NCBI GenBank assembly: GCA_963714025.1
Contig: OY970221.1
Location: forward strand, 1,519,901-1,583,900
DNA: 64,000 bases
From: an uncultured Solirubrobacterales bacterium
Lineage (GTDB): Bacteria; Actinomycetota; Thermoleophilia; Solirubrobacterales; Solirubrobacteraceae
Direction: 5' to 3'
The position numbers and the translations under genes are program-made. Positions 1 to 10,989 of the stretch are shown one piece after another. Each line of letters opens with the position of its first letter. Within the stretch, counting starts at the first letter, position 1. The notes under the pieces are model-generated. The model ran no database searches. It saw only the letters and a list, made by a program, of their open reading frames with translations, and was not told where the DNA came from.

Positions 1-345
1 ACCGATCGCCATCCAGATGATCGCCGAGCCGATCGTCAGCGACAGCGTCGCGGGCAGGCGACCGAAGATCAGGCTCTTGACCGAAGCGCCGCTGTAGTAG
101 CTGTAACCGAGGTCGAAGTGCAGGAACAGCCCCTTCATGTACAGCCAGAACTGCGTGAGCAGCGGCTTGTTCAGCCCGAGATTGGCCCTGATCTCGGCGA
201 TCACCTTGGGGTTCGCGCTGTGTCCTGCCCGCAGCCGCGCGGGGTCGGCCGTGGGCAGGATCCGGAACAGCACGAACGTCAGCGCCGAGACCAGGATCAA
301 CAGCAGCACACCCCACAGCAGGCGCCGGATTACGTAGCCCGTCAT
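1..345 (-). CDS. Oligopeptide/dipeptide ABC transporter permease (OppB/DppB-like), 5' part; runs off the window edge
   Basis: Manual translation from ATG at 345: MTGYVIRRLLWGVLLLLILVSALTFVLFRILPTADPARLRAG...LGLNKPLLTQFWLYM...DLGYSY...RLPATLSL, a typical OppB N-terminus; follows the solute-binding gene. Confidence 0.9.
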   Translation of the reverse strand, partial: MTGYVIRRLLWGVLLLILVSALTFVLFRILPTADPARLRAGHSANPKVIAEIRANLGLNKPLLTQFWLYMKGLFLHFDLGYSYYSGASVKSLIFGRLPATLSLTIGSAIIWMAIG

Positions 346-384
346 CCGCTCAGCCGGGGTAGTCGTCTCGGCGCCACCACCGGC

Positions 385-2196
385 TCACTTCAGTGACGTG
401 AACGAGTAGTCCCAAGCCCCGATGTTCCACACATCGCCGACGCCGGCGACGTCGTGCGCCTCGATGTTCGGCTCCTTGTCGAACGCAAACGGGATCGCCG
501 CGGCCTGGGCGACCAGTTCACGGTCGATCGCGCCCCACGCGGCGGCGCGGGCCTGCGTGCCGACGATCGGTTCGGCTTCTTCCATCTTGCGGTTGATCGT
601 CGGGTCGTTGACCTGGCCCCAGTTGTTGTTGCCGGACGGTTCGATGTGCTTGCCGTTGAAGGTCACGTCGAGCACGCCCTGCGGATCGCCGAAGTCCGCC
701 GCCCAGCCCACGCTCGGGCAGACGTCGATCTCTTCCGCCGGCGTGCCGCAGAACTTCGAGTACATGACCGACTGGTCGACGAGACTGAGCTTGGTCTTGA
801 AGCCGAGGTTCTTGAGCGTCTGGTTGACGATTTCGGCATCCTGCGCGTCGGGGCTGCCGGTCGCACCAACCACCTGCAGAGTTGCCGAGCCGGCGTACTT
901 GCCGCCGGGATAGCCGGCAAGGCGCATGTACTTGGCGGCCACCTGCGCGTTCCCGGAGGGGTACTCGTTGTAGTCGACCTGCGGGCCCTTCAGCCCACCG
1001 GCCTGTTCGAAGCCGGGGATTTCGGGATAGATGAAGTGCGTCATCACGTTCGTCACCAGTTCACCGCCGCGGGCCTTGTTCATCGCGACCCGGTTCAGCG
1101 CCGCCCAGAAGGCCTTGCGCGTGTTCACGTTCGCGAACGGACCCTTGTGGTTGTTGACCGCGATGTAGTTCGTGCCGGCGCCCGGAGAGATCTCCAGCTG
1201 CGAGCGATGCTGTTCGTAGGCGAGCTGCACGATCGACTGCGCGGGCGTGTCGTTCTGGACCACGTGCGAGCCTTCGAGCACCTGCCGGCCGATCACGTCC
1301 GGATCGCCGCCGATCTGGATGTTGATCTGGTTGAGGTAGGCCGGGCGGAAGTCGGTGGAGGCACGCCAGTTGGGGTTGCGCACGAGCGTCGCGGACTTGC
1401 CCGGTTCATAGCCGATACCGAGGACCTTGCCTTCGCCGTTTGACTTGAACATGTAAGGGCCGGTGGCCACGAGGTAGTTGCCGTATTCGGTCGGTTTGTG
1501 CGCGTCGTACTTGCGCGCGAATTCCTCCGGCACGGGTGCCGTCAACGGCAGCACGAGCGCCGAGGCGAGGATCTGCGCCTTCGGTTCGGTCAGGTGAAAG
1601 ACAATCGTGTGCGCGTTGGGCGTGACGATGCCGGGGATCGGGCCGCCGTTGGCCGCCTTCTCGGCCGCTTCCGCGCCTTCCAGCGCACCGAAGTACGTCG
1701 CGAAGTACGGGTTGGCGACGTTTTCGTTCGCGCCACGGTCGATCGCGTAGGCGACGTCCGCGGAGGTGACTTCGCGGTTGACCGGCGGGCTGAAGTGCAC
1801 GCCCGAGCGCAGGTGAACCGTGACCGTCTTGCGGTCGGAGGAGATTTCCGCCGGGGCCGAGGCCATGTCGGGGGTGGGCGCGGCGAACGTGTTCGGCTTA
1901 TAGGAGAAGAGCGGGCGCTGCGTCGCGTAGACCGCCTCGTAGTCGACCGAGGAGTAGGCCTGGCCGGGATCGAGGCGTTCGAAGTCCTGGTGGTTGAGGA
2001 CCGTGAGCGTGCCGCCCCGCACGCCGCCGGTGAGCGACTCGCTTACGGGGGTCTGCACGCCGGGGGGCGCCTTGATGCCGCTTGCGCCCGAGACCGTGCC
2101 TGAGCCCGAGCCGCACGCGGAGAGCCCCAACGCAAGCGCCGCACCGACGCCCCCGACGAGCGCTAGCGAAGCCGACCTGTCGATCGTTCTAAACAA
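385..2196 (-). CDS. ABC transporter substrate-binding lipoprotein, family 5 (OppA/DppA-like)
   Basis: 603-aa ORF; lipobox LSAC; LDP, ATGPY and LVRNPNW motifs; AGGAGG RBS upstream. Confidence 0.92.
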   Translation of the reverse strand: MFRTIDRSASLALVGGVGAALALGLSACGSGSGTVSGASGIKAPPGVQTPVSESLTGGVRGGTLTVLNHQDFERLDPGQAYSSVDYEAVYATQRPLFSYKPNTFAAPTPDMASAPAEISSDRKTVTVHLRSGVHFSPPVNREVTSADVAYAIDRGANENVANPYFATYFGALEGAEAAEKAANGGPIPGIVTPNAHTIVFHLTEPKAQILASALVLPLTAPVPEEFARKYDAHKPTEYGNYLVATGPYMFKSNGEGKVLGIGYEPGKSATLVRNPNWRASTDFRPAYLNQINIQIGGDPDVIGRQVLEGSHVVQNDTPAQSIVQLAYEQHRSQLEISPGAGTNYIAVNNHKGPFANVNTRKAFWAALNRVAMNKARGGELVTNVMTHFIYPEIPGFEQAGGLKGPQVDYNEYPSGNAQVAAKYMRLAGYPGGKYAGSATLQVVGATGSPDAQDAEIVNQTLKNLGFKTKLSLVDQSVMYSKFCGTPAEEIDVCPSVGWAADFGDPQGVLDVTFNGKHIEPSGNNNWGQVNDPTINRKMEEAEPIVGTQARAAAWGAIDRELVAQAAAIPFAFDKEPNIEAHDVAGVGDVWNIGAWDYSFTSLK

Positions 2197-2241
2197 CGGT
2201 ACCCCTCCTGTGTGTGGCGAATCGTGTGATGGATCGCCGCG

Positions 2242-3226
2242 TCATCGCGCGATCCTCGGGTTGAGAGCGTCCTGCAGGCCGTCGCCAAGCAGGTTGAAGG
2301 CGAGCACCGTCAACAGCAGGGCGATCCCGGGGAAGACCATGTACCACCACGCCGTGCTGAACGTGGGCGTGGCCGCGGCGATCATCTGCCCCCAGCTGGC
2401 CGTCGGCGGGCGCACGCCCACGCCGAGAAAGGAGAGCGCCGCCTCCAGCAGGATGTTCTGCGGGATCAGCAGGCTCGCGTAGACGACGATCGGGGCGAGC
2501 AGGTTGGGCAGGATCTCGCGCCCCATGATGCGTGCGTCCGAGGCGCCCTGTGCGCGCGCGGCCACGACGAACTCCTGCTCGCGCAGCGACAGCACGAGAC
2601 CGCGCACGATGCGCGCGATGTAGGTCCAGTTGACGAGCGCGATCAGGAAGATGATCACGCCGAGGCCAGACTGGACGTGCCCGCCGAGACAGCCCCGGAC
2701 CTCGCACGCCGCGCCGAGCCCGAGACCGAGCAGCAGCACGGGGATCGCGAGCACCACGTCGACCAGGCGCGAGAGCAGCGTGTCGGTCCAGCCGCGGTAG
2801 TAGCCGGCGAGCAGGCCGACGATCGTGCCGAGCACGGTCGCGACGGCAGTGCCGAGCATGCCGACGATCAGCGACACGCGCGTGCCATAGATCACGCGCG
2901 AGGCGACATCCTGACCGAGCGGGTCCACGCCGAAGGGATGCGCGGCGCTCGGTCCGAGCGGGCTTCCGAAGGCGTTCGTCAGGTTGGGGTTCTGCACGCT
3001 CGGGCCGGGCAGGCCCAGCAGCGAGACGACCAGCGGCGCCGCGATCGCGACGACGATCAGCAGGGCGATGAACCCCAGCGAGACGAGCGCCACGCGATCG
3101 CGGCGGAAGCGCCGCCAGAACAACTGCATGCGGCGAGCGTGTGGCAAGCACGCCAGAACTCGCGAGATCGGGCACCTCGACGCGTCCGCCCGCGCCGGGC
3201 AGCAGCTCGGCTGCGCCCACGCTCAT
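2242..3226 (-). CDS. ABC transporter permease (OppC/DppC-like); probable 1-nt frameshift near 3130
   Basis: HPFGVDPLGQDVASRVIYGTRVSL and EFVVAARAQGAS (EAA motif); a plausible N-terminus MSVGAAELL...ATRSP lies in a neighbouring frame. Confidence 0.88.
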
Positions 3227-3387
3227 GGGTGGATCCTCCGCAGGATGGTCATCACATGCAACACCGGGTACAAGAGTTCGACACGAACTCCTCGGCAACC
3301 TCCCGAAGAAACTAAATAGGCGCAGGCCACCCGTCGGCGCGTGTGCGCATCTCGCGCGCGCGGATACTGCGGTGATGCGAGATACTG

Positions 3388-4718
3388 GTGATGGAGACCC
3401 TGTTCGAGAACGGAGACGTCGAGGACGATGCGCCGCCCGACCGCTCCCGGGCGCACCGACGAGCGGGAGGCTCTGCGGCAGCGCATCCGCTCGCGGTGAG
3501 GATGCGACCGGGACGGCTCGAGGAGTTCGTCGGGCAGAGCCATCTGCTGGGCGAGGGCTCGGGGCTGCGCACCGCGATCGAGCAGGGACGGCCGCACTCG
3601 ATGGTGCTGTACGGACCGCCCGGGACCGGCAAGACGACGCTGGCGCGGCTCGTCGCGAGCAACTCCGACGCCGCGTTCGAGGAGCTCAGCGCGGTGCAGG
3701 CAGGGCGCGCGGAGGTGCGCGCGGTGATCGAGCGCGCCGCGCATCGGCGCACGCTGGGAACGCCGACCGTGCTGTTCCTGGACGAGATCCACCGCTTCAA
3801 CAAGGCCCAGCAGGACGCGCTGCTGCCGGCGGTCGAGGACGGTCTCGTGACGCTGATCGGGGCGACCACCGAGAACCCCGCCTTCGAGGTCAACGGCGCG
3901 CTGCTCTCGCGCCTGCGCGTGTATGCCCTGCAGGAGCTCAGCGCGGAGGAGGTGGCGAGCGTACTGCGCCGCGCGGTGGCTGACGCGCAGGTCGAGGTGG
4001 ACGGGGGTGCGATCGAGTTCCTCGCCGCGCGCAGCGCCGGCGATGCGCGCACGGCGCTGAATGCGCTCGAGCTGGCGCTGAGACGGCCGAGGAGCTGGGC
4101 GAGCAGCGCGTGGATGTCGCGCGCGTGGAGGACGCGTTGCAGCGCAAGGCGGTGCTGTACGACAAAAAGGGAGACCGTCACTACGACTACATCTCGGCCT
4201 GGATCAAGGCCACGCGCGGATCGGACCCGGACGCGTCGCTGTACTACCTCGCGGTGATGCTCGAGGGGGGCGAGGACCCGCGGTTCATCGTGCGACGGAT
4301 GGTGATCCTCGCCTCCGAGGACGTCGGCAACGCCGATCCGAACGCACTCACGGTGGCGGTCGCGGCGGCGCAAGCGGTGGAGCACGTGGGCCTGCCCGAG
4401 GCCACCTTCGCGCTCGCTCAGGCCGCGATCTACCTGGCGCTGGCACCGAAGTCGAACGCCGCCGGGCGCTCGCTGAGCGCCGCCAGAGCGCACGTGCGCG
4501 AGCACGGCGCGGCGCCGGTGCCCGGATGGCTCCGCCCCGGCGCCCGCCCCGGACAGGAGGTCGGCGGATACGACTATCCGCACGACCACCCCTCACAGCT
4601 CTCCCCACAGGAGCTCCTGCCCGAGGGCGTCGTCGGTGAACGCTTCTACGGGCCCGGCGAAGCCGAAGCGCGCCTGGCGGAGCGTCTGGCGGAAGTGCGC
4701 CGGCTGCGTGGGCGATAA
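3388..4718 (+). CDS. rarA: Replication-associated recombination protein A (RarA/MgsA AAA+ ATPase); frameshift near 4085
   Basis: PLAVRMRP, GPPGTGKTT, LFLDEIHRFNKAQQD and GATTENP in ORF 3388-4257; YDKKGDRHYDYISAWIKATRGSDPDA and ASEDVGNADP in ORF 4110-4718. Confidence 0.93.
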
Positions 4719-4724
4719 TCGGGC

Positions 4725-6350
4725 ATGGCCATCGTGACCGACACCGCCGGCCGCAGCAACGAAAACAGCTCGGGGGAGCATGTGCTGATCGCGCGCGATC
4801 CCGCGACCGCGGCCGCGCTGGGAGAGGTGCGCGTGACGCCGCCCGAGCGGATCGACGCGGTAGTCGCGGGCGTGGCGCACGTGCAGCCGCTGTGGGCACT
4901 GCTGCGCATGGTGGACCGCGCGCGCTACATGCGCCGCATGGCCCAGGCGATCGTCGACGAGCTGGACGCGCTGACCGAGACGATTGCGCGCGAGCAGGGT
5001 CGCCCCCGGGCGGAGGTGGCGAGCATGGAGCTGCTGAGCGCGATCGACGCGCTGAAGTGGATCGCGCAGGAGGGCGCGAGCGTGCTCGGGGAGCGCCGCG
5101 TGCGCGCGCATCGCTCGCTGAACGTCCGCGCGCGCGCGCGGGTGGCGTTTGAGCCCTATGGCGTGGTCGGCGTGATCGGCGCCGGCAGCGCCCCGTTCGC
5201 GCAACCGCTCGGTCAGATCGCGGGCGCGCTCTTGGCCGGCAATGGCGTCGTCTTCAAGCCCGCCGCGCGGGCGTGCCTGACGGGCGAGGCGATCATGCGC
5301 GTGATCGGCCGCGCGGGACTCCCCGAGGGGCTGGTCGCAATCGCGCACGGCGACGCTCAGGCTGGCGTCGCGCTCGCGCGGGCGCCCGTCGGCAAGGTGC
5401 TGTTCACCGGGTCCCCCACGGTCGGACGGACGGTGGCGCGGGAGTGCGTCTCGCGCGAGCGCGAGGTCACGGTCGAGCTCGGAGGCAAGGACGCGATGCT
5501 GGTGCTCGCCGACGCCGACCTAGCCAATGCCAGCGCCGGGGCGCTGTGGGCGAGCTGCGCCGGCGCCGGCCAGGCACGCGGAGCGCTCGAGCGGGTGTAC
5601 GTGGCGCGGGAGCTCGCGGAGCCGTTCGTGGAGCGCCTGGTGGCGCGCGCCCGGACGCACAGGGTCGGCGACCCCGCCGACCCACGCGTGCAGATGGGCC
5701 CACTCTCCTCACAGCGGCGCCTGCGCGACCTGAGCGTGCTCGTGCAGGAGGCGCTCGCGCAGGGCGCCACGCTGCGTTGCGGCGGACCGTTGGACCCGCC
5801 GCCCGGCTGCGCGGGGGCGTGGTACGCACCCACGGTGCTCACGGACGTGCACGCGGAGATGCGCCTGATGCGCGAGCCGCTGGGCGGTCCGGTGCTGGCC
5901 GTGACCGCGGTGGACTCGGTCGAGCAGGCGATCGCGCTGGCGAACGACAGCGAATACGGACTGGGCGCATCGGTATGGAGCGCCGATCGCTACCGCGCGA
6001 CGCGGATCGCGCGCGAGCTGCACGCGGGCATGGTGTGGTGCAACGATCATCCACCCGCGCCAACGCTCACGCGCGGACCCTGGGGCGCCGCCGCCGGCGC
6101 CGGCCTCGGCAAGACCCTCGGCGAAGCGGGATTGCGCGCGTGCGCACAGGAAAAGCTGATCGCCTGGAGTCCACCGGGATTGCGCGGACTGTGGTGGGGG
6201 CCCTATGACCAGAGCACCCTGCGCGCGGCCCGCGCGGTGGCGCGACTGCGCTCGCAGCGCGAGTCCGACCGCGAGCGCGCCTGGCGGCGAGGAGCCCCGG
6301 TGCTCGCACGGATGGGCGCGCGAATGCTCCGGCGGGGGCTACCCCGCTAG
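4725..6350 (+). CDS. Aldehyde dehydrogenase-family protein, apparently lacking the catalytic Cys and Asn
   Basis: FTGSPTVG, ELGGKDA and ANDSEYGLGASVWS motifs; GQARG replaces GQxCx. Confidence 0.85.
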   Translation: MAIVTDTAGRSNENSSGEHVLIARDPATAAALGEVRVTPPERIDAVVAGVAHVQPLWALLRMVDRARYMRRMAQAIVDELDALTETIAREQGRPRAEVASMELLSAIDALKWIAQEGASVLGERRVRAHRSLNVRARARVAFEPYGVVGVIGAGSAPFAQPLGQIAGALLAGNGVVFKPAARACLTGEAIMRVIGRAGLPEGLVAIAHGDAQAGVALARAPVGKVLFTGSPTVGRTVARECVSREREVTVELGGKDAMLVLADADLANASAGALWASCAGAGQARGALERVYVARELAEPFVERLVARARTHRVGDPADPRVQMGPLSSQRRLRDLSVLVQEALAQGATLRCGGPLDPPPGCAGAWYAPTVLTDVHAEMRLMREPLGGPVLAVTAVDSVEQAIALANDSEYGLGASVWSADRYRATRIARELHAGMVWCNDHPPAPTLTRGPWGAAAGAGLGKTLGEAGLRACAQEKLIAWSPPGLRGLWWGPYDQSTLRAARAVARLRSQRESDRERAWRRGAPVLARMGARMLRRGLPR

Positions 6351-6458
6351 CCCGGCGGGCTGCACTACCCTGTGACCATGCCGGCCCAGGCCTATGCAGG
6401 CAAGGAGTGCGTGTGTCAGCTGCGTCGAGGCATCTGCGATCAGAGCTGCGTGCAGGGC

Positions 6459-7130
6459 ATGCTCGACACACCTTTCTACATCGCCTGCCTGAAGTTGAGC
6501 GGGCGTCGCTGCGTGGTCGTCGGCGGCGGCGAGATCGGCCTGGAGAAGGTCGAGGGGCTGCTCGCGTGCGACGGCGAGGTGACGCTGATCGCGCCCACCG
6601 CCCTGCCGGCCCTGCGCGAGTACGCGGATGAGGGCTCGATCCGCTGGGAGCAGCGGCCCTACGCCGGCCCGCAGGATCTGGAGGGCGTGTTCATGGCGAT
6701 CGCCGCGACCGACGACACGGACGTGAACATCGCCGTCTACGACGATGCCGAGCGCCGCGCGATGCTCGTGAACGTCGTGGATGTGCCGCCGCTGTGCAAC
6801 TTCATCCTGCCCGCGATCGTGCGCACGGGGCCGCTGGCGATCGCGATCTCCACCGCCGGCGCCTCCCCGGCGCTGGCCAAGCGGATGAAGCACGAGATCG
6901 AAGGGCAGTTCGGCTCGGAGTACGCGCGGCTGGCGATCCTCCTCAACGAAGTGCGCGGCTGGGCCAAGGCGACGCTGCCCACGTATCGCGACCGCAAGGA
7001 GTTCTTCGAGTCGATCGTGAACGGTGAGCCCGACCCGATCGCGCTGCTGCGCGACGGCGAGGAGCCGGCGGTGCGCGAGCTGATTGCGCGTACGCAGCGC
7101 GAGCACGAGCCCCAGCCTTCGAGCGTGTGA
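6459..7130 (+). CDS. Precorrin-2 dehydrogenase / sirohydrochlorin ferrochelatase (SirC/CysG N-terminal type)
   Basis: [27 protein letters not shown] and [14 protein letters not shown] motifs. Confidence 0.9.
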   Translation: MLDTPFYIACLKLSGRRCVVVGGGEIGLEKVEGLLACDGEVTLIAPTALPALREYADEGSIRWEQRPYAGPQDLEGVFMAIAATDDTDVNIAVYDDAERRAMLVNVVDVPPLCNFILPAIVRTGPLAIAISTAGASPALAKRMKHEIEGQFGSEYARLAILLNEVRGWAKATLPTYRDRKEFFESIVNGEPDPIALLRDGEEPAVRELIARTQREHEPQPSSV

Positions 7131-7797
7131 TCGAGCTGGAGGGGCTCGCCCGCTGCTACGGCGAGCGTGAGGTGTTGAGCGATGTGTCGCTGTCCCTGCC
7201 GGCGGGACAGACGCTCGTGGTGTTCGGTCCCAACGGCGCCGGCAAGACGACGCTGCTGCGCGTGCTCGCGACGCTGCTGCGCCCGCATGCGGGCGCCGTG
7301 ACAGTGCTCGACCAGCGACTGCCGGAAAATGCGTGGCAGGTGCGCGGACGTGTCGGTCTGCTCGGCCACGACCCGTTGCTCTACCGAGAGCTGACTCCGC
7401 GCGAGAACCTGCGCTACCACGCGCGCCTGCACGGCGTGGGAACACCCAGGGTGGACGAGCTGTTGGCAGTGGTAGGGATCGACGCGCGCGCCGACGAGCC
7501 GCTGCGCACACTCTCTCGCGGGATGATCCAACGGGTCGCGATCGCCCGCGCCACGCTGCATGACCCGCACTGCTGCTGCTCGACGAGCCCTATGCCAACC
7601 TCGACCCCGCGGCAATCGACCTCGTCACGCCGCTGATCGGAGCGCAGACGGGATGCACGAGAGTGCTGACGAGCCACGATCCGACCGGCGGACTGGCCCA
7701 GGCCGACCTCGTGCTGGGACTGCGAGCCGGACGCGCCGTGCTCGTCAGGCCGGCCGGCGAGATCGAGCCTCATGAGATCGCGGAGCTATACCGATGA
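7127..7797 (+). CDS. ccmA: Heme ABC exporter ATP-binding protein CcmA; frameshift near 7570
   Basis: GPNGAGKTT and LSRGMIQR; Walker B LLLDEP continues in a shifted frame to TGA 7795-7797, overlapping the ccmB start. Confidence 0.85.
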
Positions 7798-8540
7798 GCT
7801 CCGTGACTCCCAGCACACCTGCCGGGACCGACGCAACGAGCGACGCCCGCTCCGGCTCTCCGGGAATGCTCACGGTCGTCGGCGCGCTGCTGCGCAAGGA
7901 GTTGCTCGTCGAGCTGCGCACGCTGGAGTCGATCCCGGGCATGTCCCTGTTCGCGGTGAGCACGCTCGTGGTGTTCCACTTCGCGCTGCAACGCTCCACC
8001 GTCGACGGCGATCTGGCCGCGGGGGTGCTGTGGGTGACGCTGCTGTTCGCGGCGATGCTCGGGCTCAACCGGCTGTTCGTCGCCGATGCCGAGCAGGGCG
8101 GCTTTGACGGATTCCTGCTCGCGCCCGTGGACCGCACCGCGATGCTGCTCGCGAAGGCGCTGACGCTGCTCGCGTACCTGCTCGTGCTGGAGATCGTGGC
8201 CGTGCCCGCGTTCGCGCTGCTGCTGCTCGGGCCGCCGCTCGGGCCGGCGCTGCCCGGCCTGCTGGCGATCCTCGTGCTCGCCGACGTGGGGCTCGCGCTG
8301 ATCGGCACGCTGATCGCGGCGCTCGCGGTGCAGACCCGCGCGCGCGACCTGCTCGGGCCGCTGCTCGCGCTGCCGCTGCTCGTCCCGATCGTCATCGCCG
8401 GCGCCCGCGCGAGCTCGCCGCTGCTGAGCGCCGGGCACGTCGGCGCTCTCGGTGGGCGCTGGCTGGCGATCCTGGCGCTCTATGATCTGGTGTTCGGGCT
8501 GATCGCCTACGCCGTATTCGACTTCCTGCTGGAGGACTGA
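7794..8540 (+). CDS. ccmB: Heme exporter protein CcmB
   Basis: KELLVELR, GVLWVTLLFAAMLGLNRLF, LLALPLLVP; multiple TM segments. Confidence 0.88.
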   Translation: MSSVTPSTPAGTDATSDARSGSPGMLTVVGALLRKELLVELRTLESIPGMSLFAVSTLVVFHFALQRSTVDGDLAAGVLWVTLLFAAMLGLNRLFVADAEQGGFDGFLLAPVDRTAMLLAKALTLLAYLLVLEIVAVPAFALLLLGPPLGPALPGLLAILVLADVGLALIGTLIAALAVQTRARDLLGPLLALPLLVPIVIAGARASSPLLSAGHVGALGGRWLAILALYDLVFGLIAYAVFDFLLED

Positions 8541-8544
8541 CCGA

Positions 8545-9306
8545 ATGAACGCCTCGAGCCGGCATCCAGCCGGCTCCACCGAAATCGACCATCGCCCTCC
8601 CGGCGATGGTGAGCGGGCCTCACGGCCCTCGGTCCCGGGACTGCGCACGCTGAGCATCCTCACGGTCGCCGCGATGGGCATCGCCCTGTGCCTCGTGTTC
8701 TTCTACGCCCCGATCGAACTCGAAGAAGGGCTCTTGCAGAAGATCTTCTACCTGCACGTGCCGCTGGCGATCGTCTCGCTGTGCGGGTTCGTGCTCGGCG
8801 GGATCATGGCGATCGCGCACCTGCGCACCCGCGACCGCAGCTGGGACCTGCGCTCCTACGTGACGATCCACATGAGCCTCATCTTCGGCGTCGGCGTGCT
8901 GCTGACCGGCTCGATCTGGGCGCGCGGCTCGTGGGGGCACTGGTGGGTGTGGAGCGAGCCCACGCTCGTCTCCTATCTGATCGTGTTCCTGCTGTACGCG
9001 ACCTATCAGCCGTTGCGCTTCGCGATCGAGGACCCCGAGCGCCAGGCCCGCTACGCGTCGGTGTTCGCGATCGTCGCGGGCGCGTTCGTGCCGCTGAACT
9101 TCCTCGCGGTGCGCCTCTCCACCTCCTACCTGCACCCTCGCGTGCTCGGCTCCGCCTCCAACCTGCCGGGCCCGATGCGGCTCACGTTCCTGGTCTCGTT
9201 CGCGGCGATCGCGCTGCTGTTCGGGACGCTCTGCTCGTACGAGCTCACGGCCAAGCGCACGCGCATGCTGCTGCGCTCGCGCAGCCGCATCCTGGGGTAC
9301 CGGTGA
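8545..9306 (+). CDS. ccmC: Heme exporter / cytochrome c assembly protein CcmC
   Basis: IFYLHVP and the Trp-rich motif TGSIWARGSWGHWWVWSEP; C-terminal LHP. Confidence 0.9.
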   Translation: MNASSRHPAGSTEIDHRPPGDGERASRPSVPGLRTLSILTVAAMGIALCLVFFYAPIELEEGLLQKIFYLHVPLAIVSLCGFVLGGIMAIAHLRTRDRSWDLRSYVTIHMSLIFGVGVLLTGSIWARGSWGHWWVWSEPTLVSYLIVFLLYATYQPLRFAIEDPERQARYASVFAIVAGAFVPLNFLAVRLSTSYLHPRVLGSASNLPGPMRLTFLVSFAAIALLFGTLCSYELTAKRTRMLLRSRSRILGYR

Positions 9307-9563
9307 TGGCGATCCTCGCTGACGCGCTCCCCGAGAACACCGGCGACGGCTATGTGGCGGCCGCCTACATCGTGTTCTTCGTGCTGCTGATGATCTACCT
9401 CGCGATCATGGCCCTGCGCCTCAGCCATGTGCAACGCGATCTGCGCGACCTGCAGGCGCGCACGCAGGAGTCCGCGCGGCAGGATCAGGCCGGCCAAGCG
9501 ACCGTACCGGGTGCCGCGCAGTCCGGCCGCGACGGGCAGACGCTGGAGCGCGAACCGGCATGA
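9306..9563 (+). CDS. CcmD-like small membrane protein
   Basis: MAILADALPENTGDGYVAAAYIVFFVLLMIYL...; one TM segment and a hydrophilic tail; start overlaps the ccmC stop (TGATG). Confidence 0.7.
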   Translation: MAILADALPENTGDGYVAAAYIVFFVLLMIYLAIMALRLSHVQRDLRDLQARTQESARQDQAGQATVPGAAQSGRDGQTLEREPA

Positions 9564-9609
9564 GATCGGCCCCATCCCAGCGACGCTCACGGCAACCGGG
9601 GCGTGCACG

Positions 9610-10978
9610 ATGAGCGAGCTGCTGGCGCTCGGGATCTCGCACAAGACCGCGCCCGTGGCGCTGCGCGAGCGGCTCGCGTTCACCGAGCCCCAGGCGCGCG
9701 AGTTCGCCGAATCGGCGCTCGCCACACCGGAGGTGCGCGAGGCGGTCGTGATCTCCACGTGCAACCGCACCGAGGTCTACCTCGTAGTAGGAGACTCCGT
9801 GCGCGCCGAGGGCGACGTGCTCGGCCTGCTCGCCCAGCGCGCGGAGATTCGCCCGACCGAGCTCGCCGACGCGATCTACTCGCCGCGCAACTGCGACGCG
9901 GCGCGCCAGCTCTACCGCGTGACGGCGGGCCTCGAGTCGATGATCCTCGGCGAGGCCGAGATCCAGGGCCAGGTCAGGCGCGCGCACGAGTCCGCACTGG
10001 CGGCCGGCTGCACCGGCCCGCTGTCCAACCGCCTGTTCGCCGCGGCGCTTACGACCGGCAAGCGCGTGCGCTCGGAGACCGCCATCGGCGCCGGCCGCGC
10101 GAGCGTGCCCTCGGTCGCGGTCGATCTCGCACAGACGCGTGCTCGGCGGGCTGACCGACCGCCACGTCGTGATCCTCGGCGCCGGGGAGACCAGCGAGCT
10201 GACCGCACGCGCGCTGGCCGAGCAGGGCGCGGGCACGATCTTCGTCGCCAACCGCCACGCCGACCGTGCGCTGCACCTGGCCGAGCGCTTCGGCGGGTCG
10301 GTGGTGGGGCTCGACGGGCTGCCCGAGCAGCTCGCGCGCGCGGACATCGTGCTCTCCTCGACCGCCTCCCCGCATCCGATCGTTGGGCGCGAGGAGCTGG
10401 CCGAGGTGATGCGCGAGCGCGAGGACCGCCCGCTGCTGTTGATCGACATCGCCGTCCCCCGCGACATCGACCCCGGCTGCGCCGAGCTTCCGGGCGTGAG
10501 CCTGTACGACATCGACGACCTGCAGGCCGTCGTCGCGCGCAACCTCGACACGCGCGCGAGCGAGATCCCGCGCGCGCAGGCGATCGTCGAGGAGGAGATC
10601 CTGCGCTTCGCCCGCTGGCTTGGTCAGCTCGACGTGTTGCCGACCGTCAGCGCGCTGCGCGAACACGGCGCCGCGCTGGTCGAGCAGGTGCTGGCCGAGA
10701 ACGAGGGGCGCTGGGAGTCCGCCTCGCCGCGCGACCTCGCGCGTGTGGAAGCGATCGCGCGCGCGGTCTGCAGCCGGCTGCTGCACGAGCCCACGATCCG
10801 CTTGCGCAGCCACGGCGAGCGCGGGCACGCCAACATCGAGCTCGTGCGCGAGCTGTTCGGCCTGAGCGACGACGAGCCCGACGCGCGCACCTCCGCGGCG
10901 GCGGAGATGGGCGAGGCGCCGGACAACGTACGTCAGCTCTCGCGCCCGGCCCGCGCCGGCGGCGCGGGCTCGTCCTGA
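9610..10978 (+). CDS. hemA: Glutamyl-tRNA reductase; frameshift near 10137
   Basis: GISHKTAPVALRE, STCNRTE, GLESMILGEAEIQGQV; second half has GAGE, IDIAVPRDID and LLHEPT. Confidence 0.93.
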
Positions 10979-10989
10979 CCTCACGGACG

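Noticed and set aside
7279-7296. 18-bp palindrome GCGCCCGCATGCGGGCGC inside ccmA
   Set aside because: It is a single, shorter unit that encodes ordinary in-frame residues (LRPHAGA); plausibly chance in GC-rich DNA.
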